DNA of 64,000 nucleotides from Strigamia acuminata (taxonomy: Eukaryota), in contig OX442314.1 of the NCBI GenBank assembly GCA_949358305.1, positions 29,884,001 to 29,948,000 of the forward strand. The letters run 5' to 3'. Position numbers and translations under genes: made by a program. Positions 26,801-42,300 of the stretch are shown one piece after another (positions within the stretch are counted from its first letter, which is position 1; each line of letters begins with the position of its first letter). The notes beneath the pieces are model-generated. The model made no database searches. It was not told where the DNA came from and saw only the letters and a program-made list of their open reading frames with translations.

Positions 26801-27329
26801 GCGACAAGAAATAAAAGAAGTAGTAAACTTTTCCTTGCTAAATAACGATTTTATTTATTTTTACTGTACTTAATTTTCTTTTTATTACTTTTTTTTTCAA
26901 AGTTATCAGATGTTAGATAAAAATTTGAATTTCGGTTAGATGGTAAAATATGTTTGCAATTACATTTTCAGGATTCTAATATCTGTCGAGCAGCAGTGCA
27001 CGATGGTCGTTTAGGTTGGTGGAACCTCAAATCCAGTCGTATCGTTCATATCCAGCGCAACCCAGGCGTTTTCAGTTATCTCGGTTCGATAAGGAACAGC
27101 ATTCGGTCTGAGAGGTACGTAATATAAAATCAACTATTTTTTGCCACTTCCAACGACTCTTTTTATACACTTTCTCTAGTATTTTGGAATTATTTATACT
27201 TTTCTCCCCGACTGGCCAAATACGTATTTGGCCAAATTTATGGATTTAAAACGATTGCAGTCGTTGCACATTTGATTTATCTGATTTATCAAATTTTAAA
27301 ATAAATATGAAAATATAGAAGATAAAAAA

Positions 27330-27379
<50 letters not shown>

Positions 27380-30300
27380 TAATAATAATAATAATAATAA
27401 AACAAGTACTGGCTCAAAAAGCGCGCCATTATTTGTCAATCAATGGCCTGCATTTGGTCCGCATCTTGGGACTGTGGGCGCAGGTGTGTGGAACGTTGCT
27501 TCAATATAAAATTGTTCAATTAAAATTAATTGCTTGTCTAGGAATTATTTTCTTTTTACTCAATTTTTTTTTCGTGTTTATTAAGTCTGTGCTCTGCATT
27601 ATTTCCAGTTACGGTGTTCTTCGCTACAAATATGGTTGCTATCGTTTCACTAATCCCAGAATTGCAGGTAATCGATTTTGTTTCTCGTATGTCAAATCAG
27701 TAAAATCGTTGCTGTGATAAATAAATGCAAACTGTCCGGAATAATTATGTTTAAATGCGAGTTATAACTTGACAAAACACGTCAGGTGCATTCAAAGTTT
27801 CTGTTTTTGCCGTTTTTGCAGTGTTTCTGTAAACAGAATGGACAGTAAAAACAACCACAAACCGTTATCGAATCAGGAAAAATCATAAACCTCAACTATA
27901 GAATGGTTTTGCAATTAACAACTAAATTTAAAATGGCTGCCAAGTGGGCCAGAATTTATTGATCGCCATTTACCAATAAAGACCCAAAAAACTAAACTAT
28001 AAACAGACAAAAATGAAATATAATCGTATTTAGCCATGTTTTTGCTGTTTATAGGAACACCCAAAAAGAAATTCACACAAACACAAACTTTTAGTTTCCA
28101 GAATGTCAAGTTCTAACCTTATTCTAACTTGTAGAATAAATTCAGAAAAGAAAAAAAATTTCTGAAACATTTTTGCAGAGAAAATGGTCGATTTAACCAT
28201 TTTAACAAGACCGGTGCTGTACACCAGTACGGACACAGCCATTATCGAATGCCATCAAGATACACAAGAAAAGGATTTCGAATTGACGTGTGGTTTCCAC
28301 GCAAACTCAACACGGCAATTACTTTGGAAATCAATGCTTGAAGGTGAGAGCAAGAGTGCGTGTCCATAATGCCCCCCCCCACCCACCCACAACCCCATCT
28401 TAATTGTAATTCGATTTTCGAACGACAAATTAAAAACGCAATTGTTTGCATACACAGTTCCTAGACCAAGATTCGAGGTGAAGTTATTACCCACAACCGA
28501 ATGGAATAGAACGGCAGCTTATTTCTGTACATTAAAAAACTCACTAATGTCTCAAGTTTTAACTGTGCTCATGCGAACAGATGGTAGGAAAATTAAAAAA
28601 ATATTTTTTTTATTTTTTGTTGATTTAAAATGTGTGCAAATGTCGTTTTATCCGCAGCTTATTTTGTACCCAAAGCCGTTACGCAAACGGTGAGCATCGG
28701 AAGCCAGAACGTGATTTTGTCGGTTTCCACGCAGTTTGCGATGCCGGGCAACCCGGTGATCCAGTGGTATAAGGACGGAGACATATTGTCCACTCGTATC
28801 GGTCATCAATTGGTCATCCCAGAGGTGCAGTTGGGCCATGCGGGAGTTTATAGCATCGTGTATAGTAGCGACGATGCACGCCTTGATAGAAGTGCCTTAT
28901 TACGGCTCATTGTACGAGGTTAGAATTTTGATTGTGGATTGAGAGCTCTCACTTAATTTCTTGGCAGAGGGTTTGGAGTTATGAAAGCCGGCTTTGATTT
29001 TGGATGGTGGTGGGGTGGGTGGATTATTGTGGGGGTTGGGAAAGTCATTTAAAAGTGTAAAGTTGTGGGTTTTAGGTGTTTGGAATTGGAATTTGACGTT
29101 TGGATTTGTGTAAAAGGAATTTTAGGCACGTGGGAAGTGTTTTTTGGACGTGTTTAGAGTTTTAAAGTGTAAATTTGCGTTTTTAGGTGTTTGGAATTTC
29201 ATTAGACGTGTGAATTTGTAAAACATAAATTTTAGAGACACGTGATTTCTTTTTTCACGTGTGTGGATTTTAAAAATAATTTAATTGGCGTTTGAATTGA
29301 TATTTTAGACGTGTCTAAGGCCCGGATAAATGCGTAAATGCATAGGAATTATTTTTATTCAATAAAAAGTTGAAATTAGCTATATACGGTAGTAAATGAA
29401 TATTTTGCAAAAATCAGAAATAAATGCATAAATCGCTATTTTTCTGGAAAAAAATGGCGACTTGTGTCTTTTTTTAACGACACGTAAACTGAGGATACCA
29501 GAAACAGACACCAGGGGAAGTCACTAAATTAGTGTCCCGAAAAAGTTTTAAGAAATAAACAAATAAAAAAATAGAAAAAAATGAATTGTAATTACTAATT
29601 ATAATTCATTTACATCAAGAACACTTTCAAATGGCATTAAGTTGTTATTTAACACCTGATTTCACTCGAATAAATTTTTTTATTCTGCATATTTTTATTT
29701 TTATTTTGCATTCAATGGAATTTTTCGTGCGTATTTTATGCATAAAATGGAATTTTTGGTGCGTATTTTATGCGCATAAAACAAATTTTATTTTGCATAA
29801 ATATTTAGGGTCTAGACACGTCTAACGTGTGTAAAGATGTGGGCGGTTTGAATTTGGCATGTGTAAAGTAAAATAATAAATCAATAATTATATTTGACGT
29901 TTAAAACTCATATTGCAAATGTACGATGTGTATACATGTGTTTTTAAATGACTTTTCAATGCAATTAATAGGTGCAGGTGTGTAAATATGTTTACATGGG
30001 GATCATCCATAAATGTCGACACGTACCTAGAAACGTGACAACCTACGGTAATATTCGTATTTTGATCACAAAATGTCAGAAAAGTCCGTCAAAAAATCAG
30101 GAAATATTGTCAAGAAAATTCGTCCAAAAAATTCAGCAAAATCCATCAAAAATTCAACGAAATTCATCGGAATTTAAAAGTGACGAGAGATGGTATGGGT
30201 AAAATATTCGTGACATGATGTGACATGTCAAGAGGGACACGAGGGAAGGCGGTTTAACGATTTGTAATAAGAGAATATGTGAGAAGAAAGAAGGAAAACG

Positions 30301-33300
30301 GGAAATGTGACGTTATTTACGGATGAACCTATAGAAAATTTTGTTGGAAAAAGAACATGATTAGCAGTAATTTCAAATAAATCACTTGATTGCAAATTAG
30401 ACGCTCTGCCTGTAATTCCCAACCAACCTAACCCATCAGAAGTCGCAACAGGTATTAATAATAGCAAATCTGGGGCAGCTAATGACACAGTCGTTCACTT
30501 CACTGCAAAGCCGAATTTGGTGACACATCCAAACCATCATGATGGCTGCACCATGCAGGTTTTACCTTTCAAAAAAACAAATTCTCACATAAATTTCGTA
30601 AAAATTGCGAAAAATTAAGTGATTTATTGCCCGAAATAACCAAATTCCAATTTTTTTTTTTAATTTTAATTTTTTTTTTTATAATTATAAAATGGCTCAA
30701 TTGTTATCAATTGTAATATGAAATGCATTATTTAATAATAATAATATTTTTGAGCCATACATTTGACAATTTTTCAGCCTGTCCTGAAAACAAATTTGGA
30801 CCGACGTGCAGCCAGCGCTGTCCGGTTTGTCTAAACGGCGGGATTTGCCACGACATGACCGGCGAGTGCGTGTGTCCGCCTGGGTTTCACGGCCTGGCGT
30901 GTGAAAAATGTTTGTAGCCATAATCGCTTATAGCTTATTAAAAGTTGAACTTTCCATTTCTAATTCTTGCCTTGGTTCGTTTCCAGCATGTGACTTCAAT
31001 CGGTTCGGACGTAACTGCACCGCTCGCTGTTCCGATAAGGATTTGGCCGACGGCTGTGCGGGAGCCTTGCTCTGTTTGCCAGACCCCTTTGGCTGCACTT
31101 GTGCAGCTGGTTTCGCAGGCCTCAACTGCAATTCATGTGAGTTTTATTCAATTACCAACCTGGGGAATATTCACGTCAAGTGACAGGTGAACGCTACAGG
31201 CAATTACTGCTCTACTTGCACACAAACTTAACCAAGCCTGTATTTATTGCACACTCTTGTATTGATTGCTTCGCTTCTTTTTTTTCATTTTGCATTTTCA
31301 TGTTTGCTTGGTGTGTAATAAATAGGTTGGGGGGAGCTATTAAATAGCAATTGATAACGGGGTTAAGAAGCTCAAGGTTTTATCGTAAAAAATATGATTT
31401 ATGGTGGAATTTGCTTAACGTGGCGACTTCGACTAACGTTATCGATCGGTGGAATATCGAAGTCATCGGATTATGCCAATATGTTGGTGCATCATTTAAG
31501 TTTACGTTAAAGCCTACGGTAGTACTTATAACACCATTCCGTCCTTGGAATGGTAAAAGGTTGGTTCACACTTGGAAGTAACGTAACGTAAAGTAAAGTA
31601 AACAATGGAGAAGTAGAAGTAAGGTAAGGCATGTATGTTCACACTTGTTTGAAGTAGAAGTAAGGATGCATTTTGAAAATGAGGAAAAACCATTGTTGCA
31701 AAAAATGGCGCTGAAAATTATTTTGGATTCTCGTTTAATCTCGCATTGTCTCACGAGATTCAAGTCATTTCTCATTGGTTGGAAGTAAGCTTGCTGCATT
31801 GCGTTACTTCCTACTTCAAAACAAATTTGAAGTAGCTTTTTGCTTACTTTACTGCTAAAACAATCCAACAATGCAATGCGCAGCAACATTGCGTTACGTT
31901 ACTTCCTAGTGTGAACACAAGTGTGAACCAACCTTGAGGAATCAAAGTCTTAAGTTTCCTGCCAAGGGTGGTACTCATAAAAATATTGTTTAGACTCTGA
32001 ATCACCCTTGCACGTGGAAACGAATTGTTTCCGGCCCCGGAAATTTAATTGTTTCTGACTCTGGATAAATTTTGTTTACCCAGAATTCCCTTGTTTTTCA
32101 TTTAAAATTTGCAACTGGTCACAACCGGTTGCAAACAAAGACACCCAACTACTACAATTTAACACGTTGTTTGTTTTTATAATTTCTGCACATGATGACA
32201 TATACACACCACCGACAGCAGCCAGTATTAAACCCAAACAAACATCTTCATAGTCATCTTCAGCCTCAGATAAGTCGGACAAAGCTTCATTGCCATTGCC
32301 ATTGCCAGCCATTTGCAAAACAAGCAACAATGACTCACACAGTTTAAGAGTATGGAAACTTTCTGGTGACAATTTCATGAGTACCACAAATTTATCAGAC
32401 TCTGAATAATAAGAGGATAAAACATTCCGCTTGAAATGGTGCTGTTGAAAAATTAAGACTGTAAAAATATTTAGACTCTGAAAGCGTATGAGTACTAGGC
32501 TTAAAGCTCCATATTCAAACGTTTATTCTGTGTATTTATAGGATGCAATTTAGTGATACAATATCTAAACAATATTACTAACAAAGAAACGTAGGAAGTG
32601 CAGGTGCGTTAGTTTGAGGCAATTAAAAGCACAAAAGGTGATGCGACCATTTTAAATGACCACTTGCAGGAAAAAAATGTTTGTGCTTCACTGCATTGCA
32701 CGCGTGTGTCGTGGTGAAAATGCAGACGTGTACAAGGTCTGTTTCTGGGTTATTATTGTTGCCTGAAATATTAGATTTTGTAAAGTAAATTTGATATGAA
32801 AATTAAAATATAAAAACTTGGTCATTTCACGCTGCAACTTCTTAGGTTTCGTGCTAAGGTTTTGCTTACGTGAATTCCTGCGGGTCACTGCGACACCAGT
32901 GGCCAATGGGTCTGTGGAGTGCGGTTTAGGGAAATGTGGGAGAGCTGAGGTGTGCAGTCTGATCAGTGGGAGAGGGAGTCAAGTCGTGAAGCAGACACTA
33001 ATTTCAGCGAACGTGCTCGGCAACTCACCACACGCTGCAGTGTCCATTCCAATGAGACCGGCTGGGCAGGCAGGCCTGTCACCACTTCTTGACTTTAATT
33101 AAGTTTATTTTACATAAACAGCTGAAACAAAAGAAGAAGAAAAGCTTTTAAATTGATAGTTCTTTTTTTTTAGTAGAAAAATAAATATCAGCACAAAAGC
33201 TCAGAAGAAATCATATCACTTAAGGTCAAATAAAAAAAAAGTCCAAAATACCCAATTCTTTCGACAATAGGGAACCAATCAACTAAGTGCACTATCTATC

Positions 33301-36300
33301 TGTTAGTGGCAGATGACCAAACACATCATGAATAAATAATAGTAACATCGAAAAGCCCTAATTAATAATCATTTTATAAATGGGTTCAAAATATTAAAAT
33401 ATTCAAAGTATTTGCATAATTCAATTATGAATGCATTTTCAAATGCATTTTATTTTTATTTTATTATGAAGTTTTATTATGTACATTATTTAACCTTCAG
33501 ATGGGCAACCCTATACCAATTTTGGGACAACACTCTTTTTGAATAGGGAATCTTTTTTTTGGTTTAATATAATTTTCTGAAAATTTCTGACTTTGTTCAC
33601 ACAACAATAATGTTTGTTTCAAAAAAATTGGAGTCTTCTGAACATTATTTATTTATTTATTCACCTTTGAAAATTCTGCCCCTTAGAAATTCCAGCTTAA
33701 ATTTAAGTTGGCTTCTCCTAATCTTTTAAAAGCGCTTCTACTTGGTGCTTCCAATTTTTATCAGCAGACACCGTGTGGCGCTAGTAGTCCAACACAAGTG
33801 ATTTCACTGTTCCATTTCTGGCTAAAATATACATTTAAAATTAAATTTTTTGGGATAAATTAAAGTTTTTTACTTAAAATTAAATTTTTTAGGATAAATT
33901 AAACTTTTTCATTTAAAATTAAATTTTTTAGGATAAATTAAACTTTTTCACTTAAAATTAAATTTTTTAGGATAAATTAAACTTTTTCACTTAAAATTAA
34001 TTTTCTTGACTAAAAATTAATTTTGTTGGCTCAACAGTAGCGCCAAGTGCGACAATTTTTTGCACTACTTTAACAGCGCTTAAGCTAACGGCCTTCCGGA
34101 TTTAATTATTTTATCCCAAATTTGGTACATTATGGGCACCAAAGTGTCGTCTTTGGAGATTGTCCATCTGAGGGTTAATGTACAAATAATATATGTGCTT
34201 AATTTTGTGAAATGTTCTACGTAGAAACAAAAAATTTCTAGAACACTTATGGTTGTTTGCTGAAGCGTTGCATTTCAAGTGTTTGTTTGTGTTTGTTTTC
34301 ACGCACCTTTCAGCCATAAACTCAAACACCGAAAACACTTAAAACACAACTTTTTGAACGCGCTAAAAATTTATTAATAAAAAATAATTTTTTTCTTTTC
34401 TAGATTGCCAACCAGGGCATTATGGTGCAGGTTGCAATCAGGTGTGCGGAAGCTGTTCAGGCGGATCACCCTGCGACCGGTTTTCAGGCGTGTGTTCGCG
34501 AGGATGCGAGCCAGGATGGAAAGGACCTCGTTGTACAATAAGTTAGTGAATTTAGTTGGGTTTTAACCGGTAAAACAAATTAATGCATATTCAGCTCTTC
34601 CACGTCTTCGAGTACCACCAACGTTGCTTGAAGCGACTTCAGAATCATTATCTATAGCCTGGGTAGCCTGGGATCCTGCAGCCGATCCTGGAGATGGTCA
34701 CGCTGTGGCATATTACATTCAGTACAGAGTAAGTGCCTTCACATAAGGTGCGTTTAATTTGTAAAAAGAGAATTCACTGTACTTAACTTAGACAAGCCAT
34801 AAATAACATTTATTTGTCGATGTTATAAAGGGTGTCCCAAAATTAACGCAAGATTTGAATTTGCCGCCATTTGTGCAGTAAATTGTTGGCAACCCTGAAA
34901 AAAAAAACAATTTGACAGCTGAGAGTTTAGGGTTAGTAAAAATGGAGCGTTACACAGTTCTTTTACAAGTTATCGGGACTTTTTTTGCGTCAAGAAGGCA
35001 GCAGTAATTTGCCCGATTTCTGATACTACGTTTACATGCACAGAATATTTCGAGTGAGATGAAATATTGCGTGTGCACAACGGTCATGTAAACAGGGATG
35101 ACAATGTCGAATCGACCACGTCACCCATTGGGCTCACACCCAGTGTGTGACGGGTTGGTTGCCGATGCGGCGTGCCTTCGTGGCACCCCCGCAACGGGTA
35201 ACGGGATTTCCCATACAGACAACGTTAATAAAGGCCAACCAACCAATATTAGGGAAGTTCTCGTTATTTACATGAGTATGCGTCCCAAACTAGTGTCTTC
35301 AGTCCCCTGTTTGCACTAGCGAAGACCATACCAGTCACAATTATTCGAGTAGTGAATAATCCCTCGCAGAAGGTTGTGAACTCGAACTATTTTTATTGCG
35401 CATGCACGCATCGCTTTCGGCACTTCCCCATTGGTCGAAAACCGAAAGTGATCACGAATTATTTTCTGCATGTAAACGCAACAATTTGATTTTTTCACCA
35501 CTCGAATTATTCACCACTCGAATTATTCGGTGCATGTAAACGTAGTACGAGAGGAGTGATGGTTCTGCCATTCGCTGGAACCTGAGCGTTCCGGGTGGGC
35601 CGTGGTCAAAGGACATGGCCACAGAGAGTCAATCTGATCATGTGGTCAGCGGGTGGTTTAGATTTGGCTGTGCAACACGGCCAAAGCATTGGGAAATGCT
35701 GGACAAACTGAATAAAAGCCACTTAAACGTATAAATTCAGTGTGTCTTGTGTGTTAAATCCTGGATTACTTTTACGGAGTATTTTTCAATTACACCGGGA
35801 GAATCAACAGAAGATTGTGTAGAGTATCTTTGACAAATTAAACGCACCTAGTCCTTACTGTAAGACAAGAAAGTGGCGTCTAAAGTGTATTTTTGCCACT
35901 ATTACATAGGAAAGAGGCAAAACAGATTGGAAACAAGAGTCTTTCCCAGGACACACATTACATAAATCTTTTAATTTCACTTTAAAAGCTCTAAATCCAG
36001 AAAGCGATTACCAAATTCGAGTAGTAGTAGTAGACCAGAGTGGCATCATGGCCAAAGACAATGCCCCAATTGCCAATTTCAGCACTGTTTGTGAAAGTAT
36101 GTAACTGAAATTAGTGAGCCACTTGTACGGTAGCTTTGTTTTTCTATTGAATAATTGATTTGTAGGTCCTTTGGATTTCCCTCGTGGTTTGAAAACTGAC
36201 AACTCTCATCCACACCAGTTAGTAATCAACTGGAAAGTAAGTTCTGAGCAATTATTTATTTAATTTTAATTTTATTTGATTTGTTTCTTTCATAATTTCT

Positions 36301-39300
36301 AACATCAAATGAAGTAATGGTATTTACTGCAACAGTTTCCTGTAACCAGGTTCCACCTTTGATGTCGTGGAGATGCCGTGAAATTACCTACACGATCCGA
36401 TATCGGAGGAAAGGCGAGGACGGTTGGCGGCGGGTGACGGATCTCACTGAGCCGCACTACACGATCGAATCGCCGCCCTTTACGCTCTGGATTTTCCAGT
36501 TGAGGACGGAGAACTTGGCTGGTGCTAGCAATTGGTCTGCAGAAGTCAAATCGAAAACCGGACAAGATGGTAGGATTTTTGGGATTCGCTGCGAAATTGC
36601 AGAAATTGAAAAATCTCGTAAAATCTCGCGCATTGTTGAAAAATCTCGTCAAATCTCGCGCATTGTGAAAAATCTCGTAAAATCTCGCGCATTGTTGCAA
36701 AATCTAGCGAATTGTTGAAAAATCTCCTAAAATCTCGCTAATTGATGCAAAATCTCCTAAAATCTCGCTAATTGATGCAAAATCTCGTAAAATCTCGCTC
36801 ATTGTTGCAAAATCTCGTAAAATCTCGCGGTTTATTGCAAAATCTCGTAAAATCTCGCGCTTTGTTACAATGTTACATCTATTCTTGCGTTCAATCGCGT
36901 CGAGGGGTTAGCCAATCGCAAAAATCACATACAAGATTTTGAAATCTTTTCAAACTTTGAAGATTTCAGGATTTCAGGCAGATTTTTTTAAAGATTTTGC
37001 GACTATCAACAATTTGTAAGATTTTATGGATTTTTAGGATTTTTAAAATTTTGGAGATTTCAGAGATTAATAAGATTTCGAAAATTTATTAAAGATTTTA
37101 GGGATTTGCGATAGATTCGAAGTTTTTAGGGTTTCAGGTGGATTTCCATAAACATTTTGCTTGATTTTACTACAACTTCTGCTTCGAAATCAAAATCTTA
37201 GCCGATACGAGATTTTCAGCATTAGCTCGCCGCCTCGTGCAATAACCCATCCATTCTTGCGTCAAAATCTCGCCAAATAACGCATCCAACTGTGAAACTC
37301 TTGCCCTGATATCGATTTTAGGACGTTCTAACTTCTAAAGCAACTTTGGACTAGGAGGGTATTATCAAGCTCGGAGGATATAATCAGCTAATTTGATGTT
37401 TATTGGACAATTTGTCACTAATCCTGCACTGTAATTGCTCCCATATTAGTCGGCTAAAATAATCAAAATAAATTATATATTTTATCCCACACTGGATAAC
37501 ATCTGCAATAGTCTTTTTGTTAGCTAAACTTACAACTGGAACATACAAACCACAAAAACCACAAAAATTAAAATATTTTCTCAATTTTTCAAATGTGGAA
37601 GAAATTAAATTCTCTTATTGGGGTTACGAGTTCATAGTGCGTTAGTGTCATTTAGAGGGTTTGAGCTTGGACTTTAATTTAATTTAATCAAAAATTAATG
37701 GTTAAGTAAATTATGAATGCCCTTTGTGTGACATGTCCACCAAATTAAAGCATCCACGTGGGATTTCACATCACTTTATTGTGAAAATGAAGCTCAAAGT
37801 TGTTGTACTCAAATAAGAAGGGATTAAGAAGTTGCGACTCCTTTTAATTCGAAGAGGGTGAAAGTTAGAATAGAAATAAAAAAAAATATTTTTTTTTACG
37901 TCAATTTTAGCATATAATTGACACTAAATTTAAGTTCTGCTTGCTCAACTTTGTGGGAAATGAATGTTTCATCCAAAAAATTGCTCAAAAATCAATAAAT
38001 TGCAATGAATTCAAAATTTAGGCGCAAGAGAGACTCAACAATTGCTTTTATCTTGCTTGCACTTTAATATATTTTATTTTGGGCTCAATACCCCCCTAGA
38101 ACAGATCATTCTGAACATTTTTGTTTAAAAAAAGAATCTAAAAGACCAATTTTTAGACGAGATAACTGAGAAATATGAAAAAACACACAAATCTATGGGA
38201 AAACAGTGGCTCCATCTGTGTTTTAAAGTTGGCGTGAACTAGGGGTTACAATCCCTCTTAACAGAAAAAATTATAAATATTCGTATAGAAAATGTAGATT
38301 CAATATTCAAATTTCTTATTCTTTCAGCTCCTGGTCCTGTAACTTCACTGCAGGCAGTTGAAGTACTATCGACGTCATTTGAAATGCTATGGGAGGAGCC
38401 GAGCACAGTCAACGGCTTAATAGCACATTATGAAATTAAAGTGGATTTAGTTGAGATCTTATCCTGCAAACACCTGAATTTATCATCTACCTCTGCAACA
38501 ACAAGAAAAGAAGTGACAATCTTCCACGCTAACGCTAGTGGATTAACTATTAAGGTGTCTGGATTGAAACCTTACACGCGCTACAATGTATCCGTTACAC
38601 CGTGGACCGTGGTACCGGGGCAACTCACTTCAAAAGTCATCGTCACATTGCCCAATGGTAATACAATCTTTTCGACATCTGACAAATAAAAGTGAAATTG
38701 TATAATATTTTAAAATGGGTATCTAAAAAAAAAAACTCTAAGATGTGAACGGTTCAAAAATATGGTTCAAAAATATATTTAACAATATATTGCATTTCAG
38801 TTAGTGCATTTGCAATTTTATCCCCATTATTCTACGACTAGTTTACTTTCTGTATTCATCAAACAACCCTACATAGGAGCGTAATACCATCAATTGTTGT
38901 GCGGTGGCGCCACTGTCGGAAACACTAAATGGAAAATAATCGAAAATAACAAAACATTTGTTTAATTAACTAATAATAATAAAAATGCAACTTCTTTGAA
39001 AAGTTAATTGAATCTAAGTAAGACACTTGATTTATCATTACGAATTAAATATTTAAATGTTATTTTGAATTAATAATGCAACAAAATCGAATCACGCACC
39101 AGCTACAATGCACGCAGTTTGTTTAGTACCTACCATTTGGGAATCCAGTTTAATTATCTCTTGCTTCTGGTCAATGGAAAAAATCTTTCGCCTTTTACTA
39201 AAGATTTCCGTGGCCGGGAGTATTCAATGAGTCTTTAGACCCAATTTTTTGCAATCCTGTTTTCGGACGGGATTATAAATAATCAAAAATAAGATTTAAA

Positions 39301-42300
39301 TAAAAACGAAAACAAAAATGGTTCGTTATTTGCTAAAATGGCCTAATTTATTGTTAACATAACCTATGGTGCACTTTATTAATAAGACGGTCTATTTTAT
39401 TGTTAAAACTGTCTATTATATTGCTAAAAAGTTTAAAACGGTTTATTTCTGCCAATACGATTCATTTAATTGCCAAAACGGTGCATTTTATTGATAAAAC
39501 GGGCCTATTTATTGCCAAAATTGTTAATATTTTGGCGAAAAAACTCGTTTTAAACTTTAAAGCGAAAACCAGCCAAAAAATCCTCACATTCAACATTTCA
39601 AACAAAATTCGACTTTTAATTACAACGAACTTTCGCACCAAGCCGATCAAAAACAACCAATTTAATCCATTCTAACTAATACAGTACCAAATTCGACATT
39701 CTCCCGTCCTTCCCCCACCCCCACCCCCACCCCCACCCCCACCCCCACCCCAACATACGGTCAAACCAAATCGACCAGACATTTGACATCCCTTATCAAA
39801 CACACAAAACTTTCTATTTAATACAAAAGAAAAAACGTTTTGTGATGTATAGCGTGCATTTTCTCATTCGTTAATCTCAATATTCCTTTTGTGTACATTT
39901 TCACATTTTCACATTTAACGCATTTAACGCATTTTGTAAGACTTTTTATAAAATGTATTAACTTTTGCAAACCAATAGCACGCAAAATTGTATTACAAAA
40001 TGCATGCTTGATTGGATATCGAAAGTTCTCGAATTGCAAATCTAGATCCGGTGACTTTGCTCCTTGGGATTGAATTTAATCGAAAAAAAAAGGAAATATA
40101 CTAGTACATCAAAGAAAGTATACTGTATAGACATATTATGCAGAGAAAACAATATTGATTTTAGTCACAATATTAAAGTGCCAGGAACGGTCGGGCGGGA
40201 CTACACGTGAGACCCAATGCATTTCGGAATACATTGCAATATAATTTCAATATATTTTTTAGCCGTATGGATAGATAGAATGTTTTGTCTTTCGGTGAAG
40301 CACAGCAAAGCTTGTGCGGCGAATGGCACTTTCATAGTTTTTGTTTACCGTATTTTACCGATTAAGAGTCGCCCTCGAATAGTAGCCGCAGCTGAGATAC
40401 CCAGAATACCATATTTTTGCAAAAGTACGGTATTGTTTTCATATTTAACCTCACGAACGTTTCGTTTGAGACGTTCAGACTTTGTTTGTTACATTAAACA
40501 AATGGAACTAACGAAAAACCGAAATTGTAATTGCTGACAAAATGGCAGTTTTGAATAAGAGCCGCGGCTTTTAATCGATAAAATACGATATATGGTTTTT
40601 TGGTGTTTACATAAAACAGAAGACAAAGAGATGTGTGAAACGTTGCACGAGCAACTTGTATAAATGAAATAGTATTCTTAAAACTTATTAAAACGTCGGA
40701 TGGAGTCGGATTCGGATCGAAAATGTTGTGGACTCGAGAAAACGTGTGCAGACAAGTTACATTTGAAAACCACATAGAAATTATATTCATTGTTCAAGGT
40801 ATATAAAGGAAAGAGATTATAACATTCCATTCAATTCCAAGAATATTTAACTTGGGTCACACTCACAAGTGAGCTTTATTCACTTGCGCCACGGTGGTAA
40901 AAACACAGAACTAATTTAATACGTTTTGGAAACACCAGTTGTGTAACTATGAAATGCAAAAACTTTATTTCATGCTTCTTTGTGAGCGTGTAAGTTTGGT
41001 CGATTAAGATTTAAGAACATTCGTTTTTGATTTTGTTGGTGTCGCATATATTTCGTGTCCATTCTGTTTACAGAAAAACTGTTGACATATCCTGACTGCT
41101 TCGTCAACATTCAAATACAAAAAAAAAATAATGCAATAAACAATTCTGGAATAGCAAATCTTCCCAAAAACATGTCACACTGTGAGATCATTTTTAAATG
41201 TATTACTGAACACCCGACAAAAAAAAAAAAAAAAAAAACTTGGCCGACTTTTCCAAGATCTTATCAGGATGATCTTTTGCCAGCAAGCAATTTTTTTGAT
41301 TATTTGGATTGGTTCCAATGGCGTCTGTGCTACACTTTGATGGAATTTAACATGGATTTTTAAAAATAAAATTAAAATAAAATAGAAATCATTATTTTTT
41401 TGAATAAAAATATACCATGTGATATTTTTTTTTGTGGTTTTAAATTGAAATATTTTTTATGCCTATTCTTTATAGTTCCAACAGTCTCACCTCACAATTT
41501 ACGAGTGTGGTACAGCTATGAAACTGAGCTTGGCTTTATATGGAGTGCTCCGCATTGTGAAGAAATCAATGGCCAACTTATCGCTTACATGTGTGTTTTG
41601 GAAGGTTTGGATGCCTGGGTTAAAGATGGGGAGAATAGATATATTGTTGAACATAAAACTACAAGGTAAAAAAAGAAAATATATTATCGTAAATGCTCTA
41701 ATAGAACGCGGGTATTTGATTGACAGAACCTAGATGTCCTCCGCAATTTTGTTTGTGTTTTGGATCAATTTAGACATTTATTTTAGTTGTTTTGTTCAAT
41801 TTAGACGTTTATTTTAGTCGTTTTGTTCAATTTAGACATTTATTTTAGTCGTTTTGTTCAATTTAGACATTTATATTAGTCGTTTTGTTCAATTTAGACA
41901 TTTATTTTACTCGTTTTGTTCAATTTAGACATTTATATTAGTCGTTTTGTTCAATTTAGACATTTATTTTACTCGTTTTGTTCAATTTAGACATTTATTT
42001 TAGTCGTTTTGTTCAATTTAGACATTTATTTTAGTTGTTTTGTTCAATTTAGACATTTATTTTATTTTAGTTGTTTTGTTCAATTTAGACATTTATTTTA
42101 TTTTAGTTGTTTTGTTCAATTTAGACATTTATTTTATTTTAGTTGTTTTGTTCAATTTAGACATTTATTTTATTTTAGTTGTTTTGTTCAATTTAGACAT
42201 TTATTTTATTTTAGTTGTTTTGTTCAATTTAGACATTTATTTTATTTTAGTTGTTTTGTTCAATTTAGACATTTATTTTATTTTAGTTGTTTTGTTCAAT

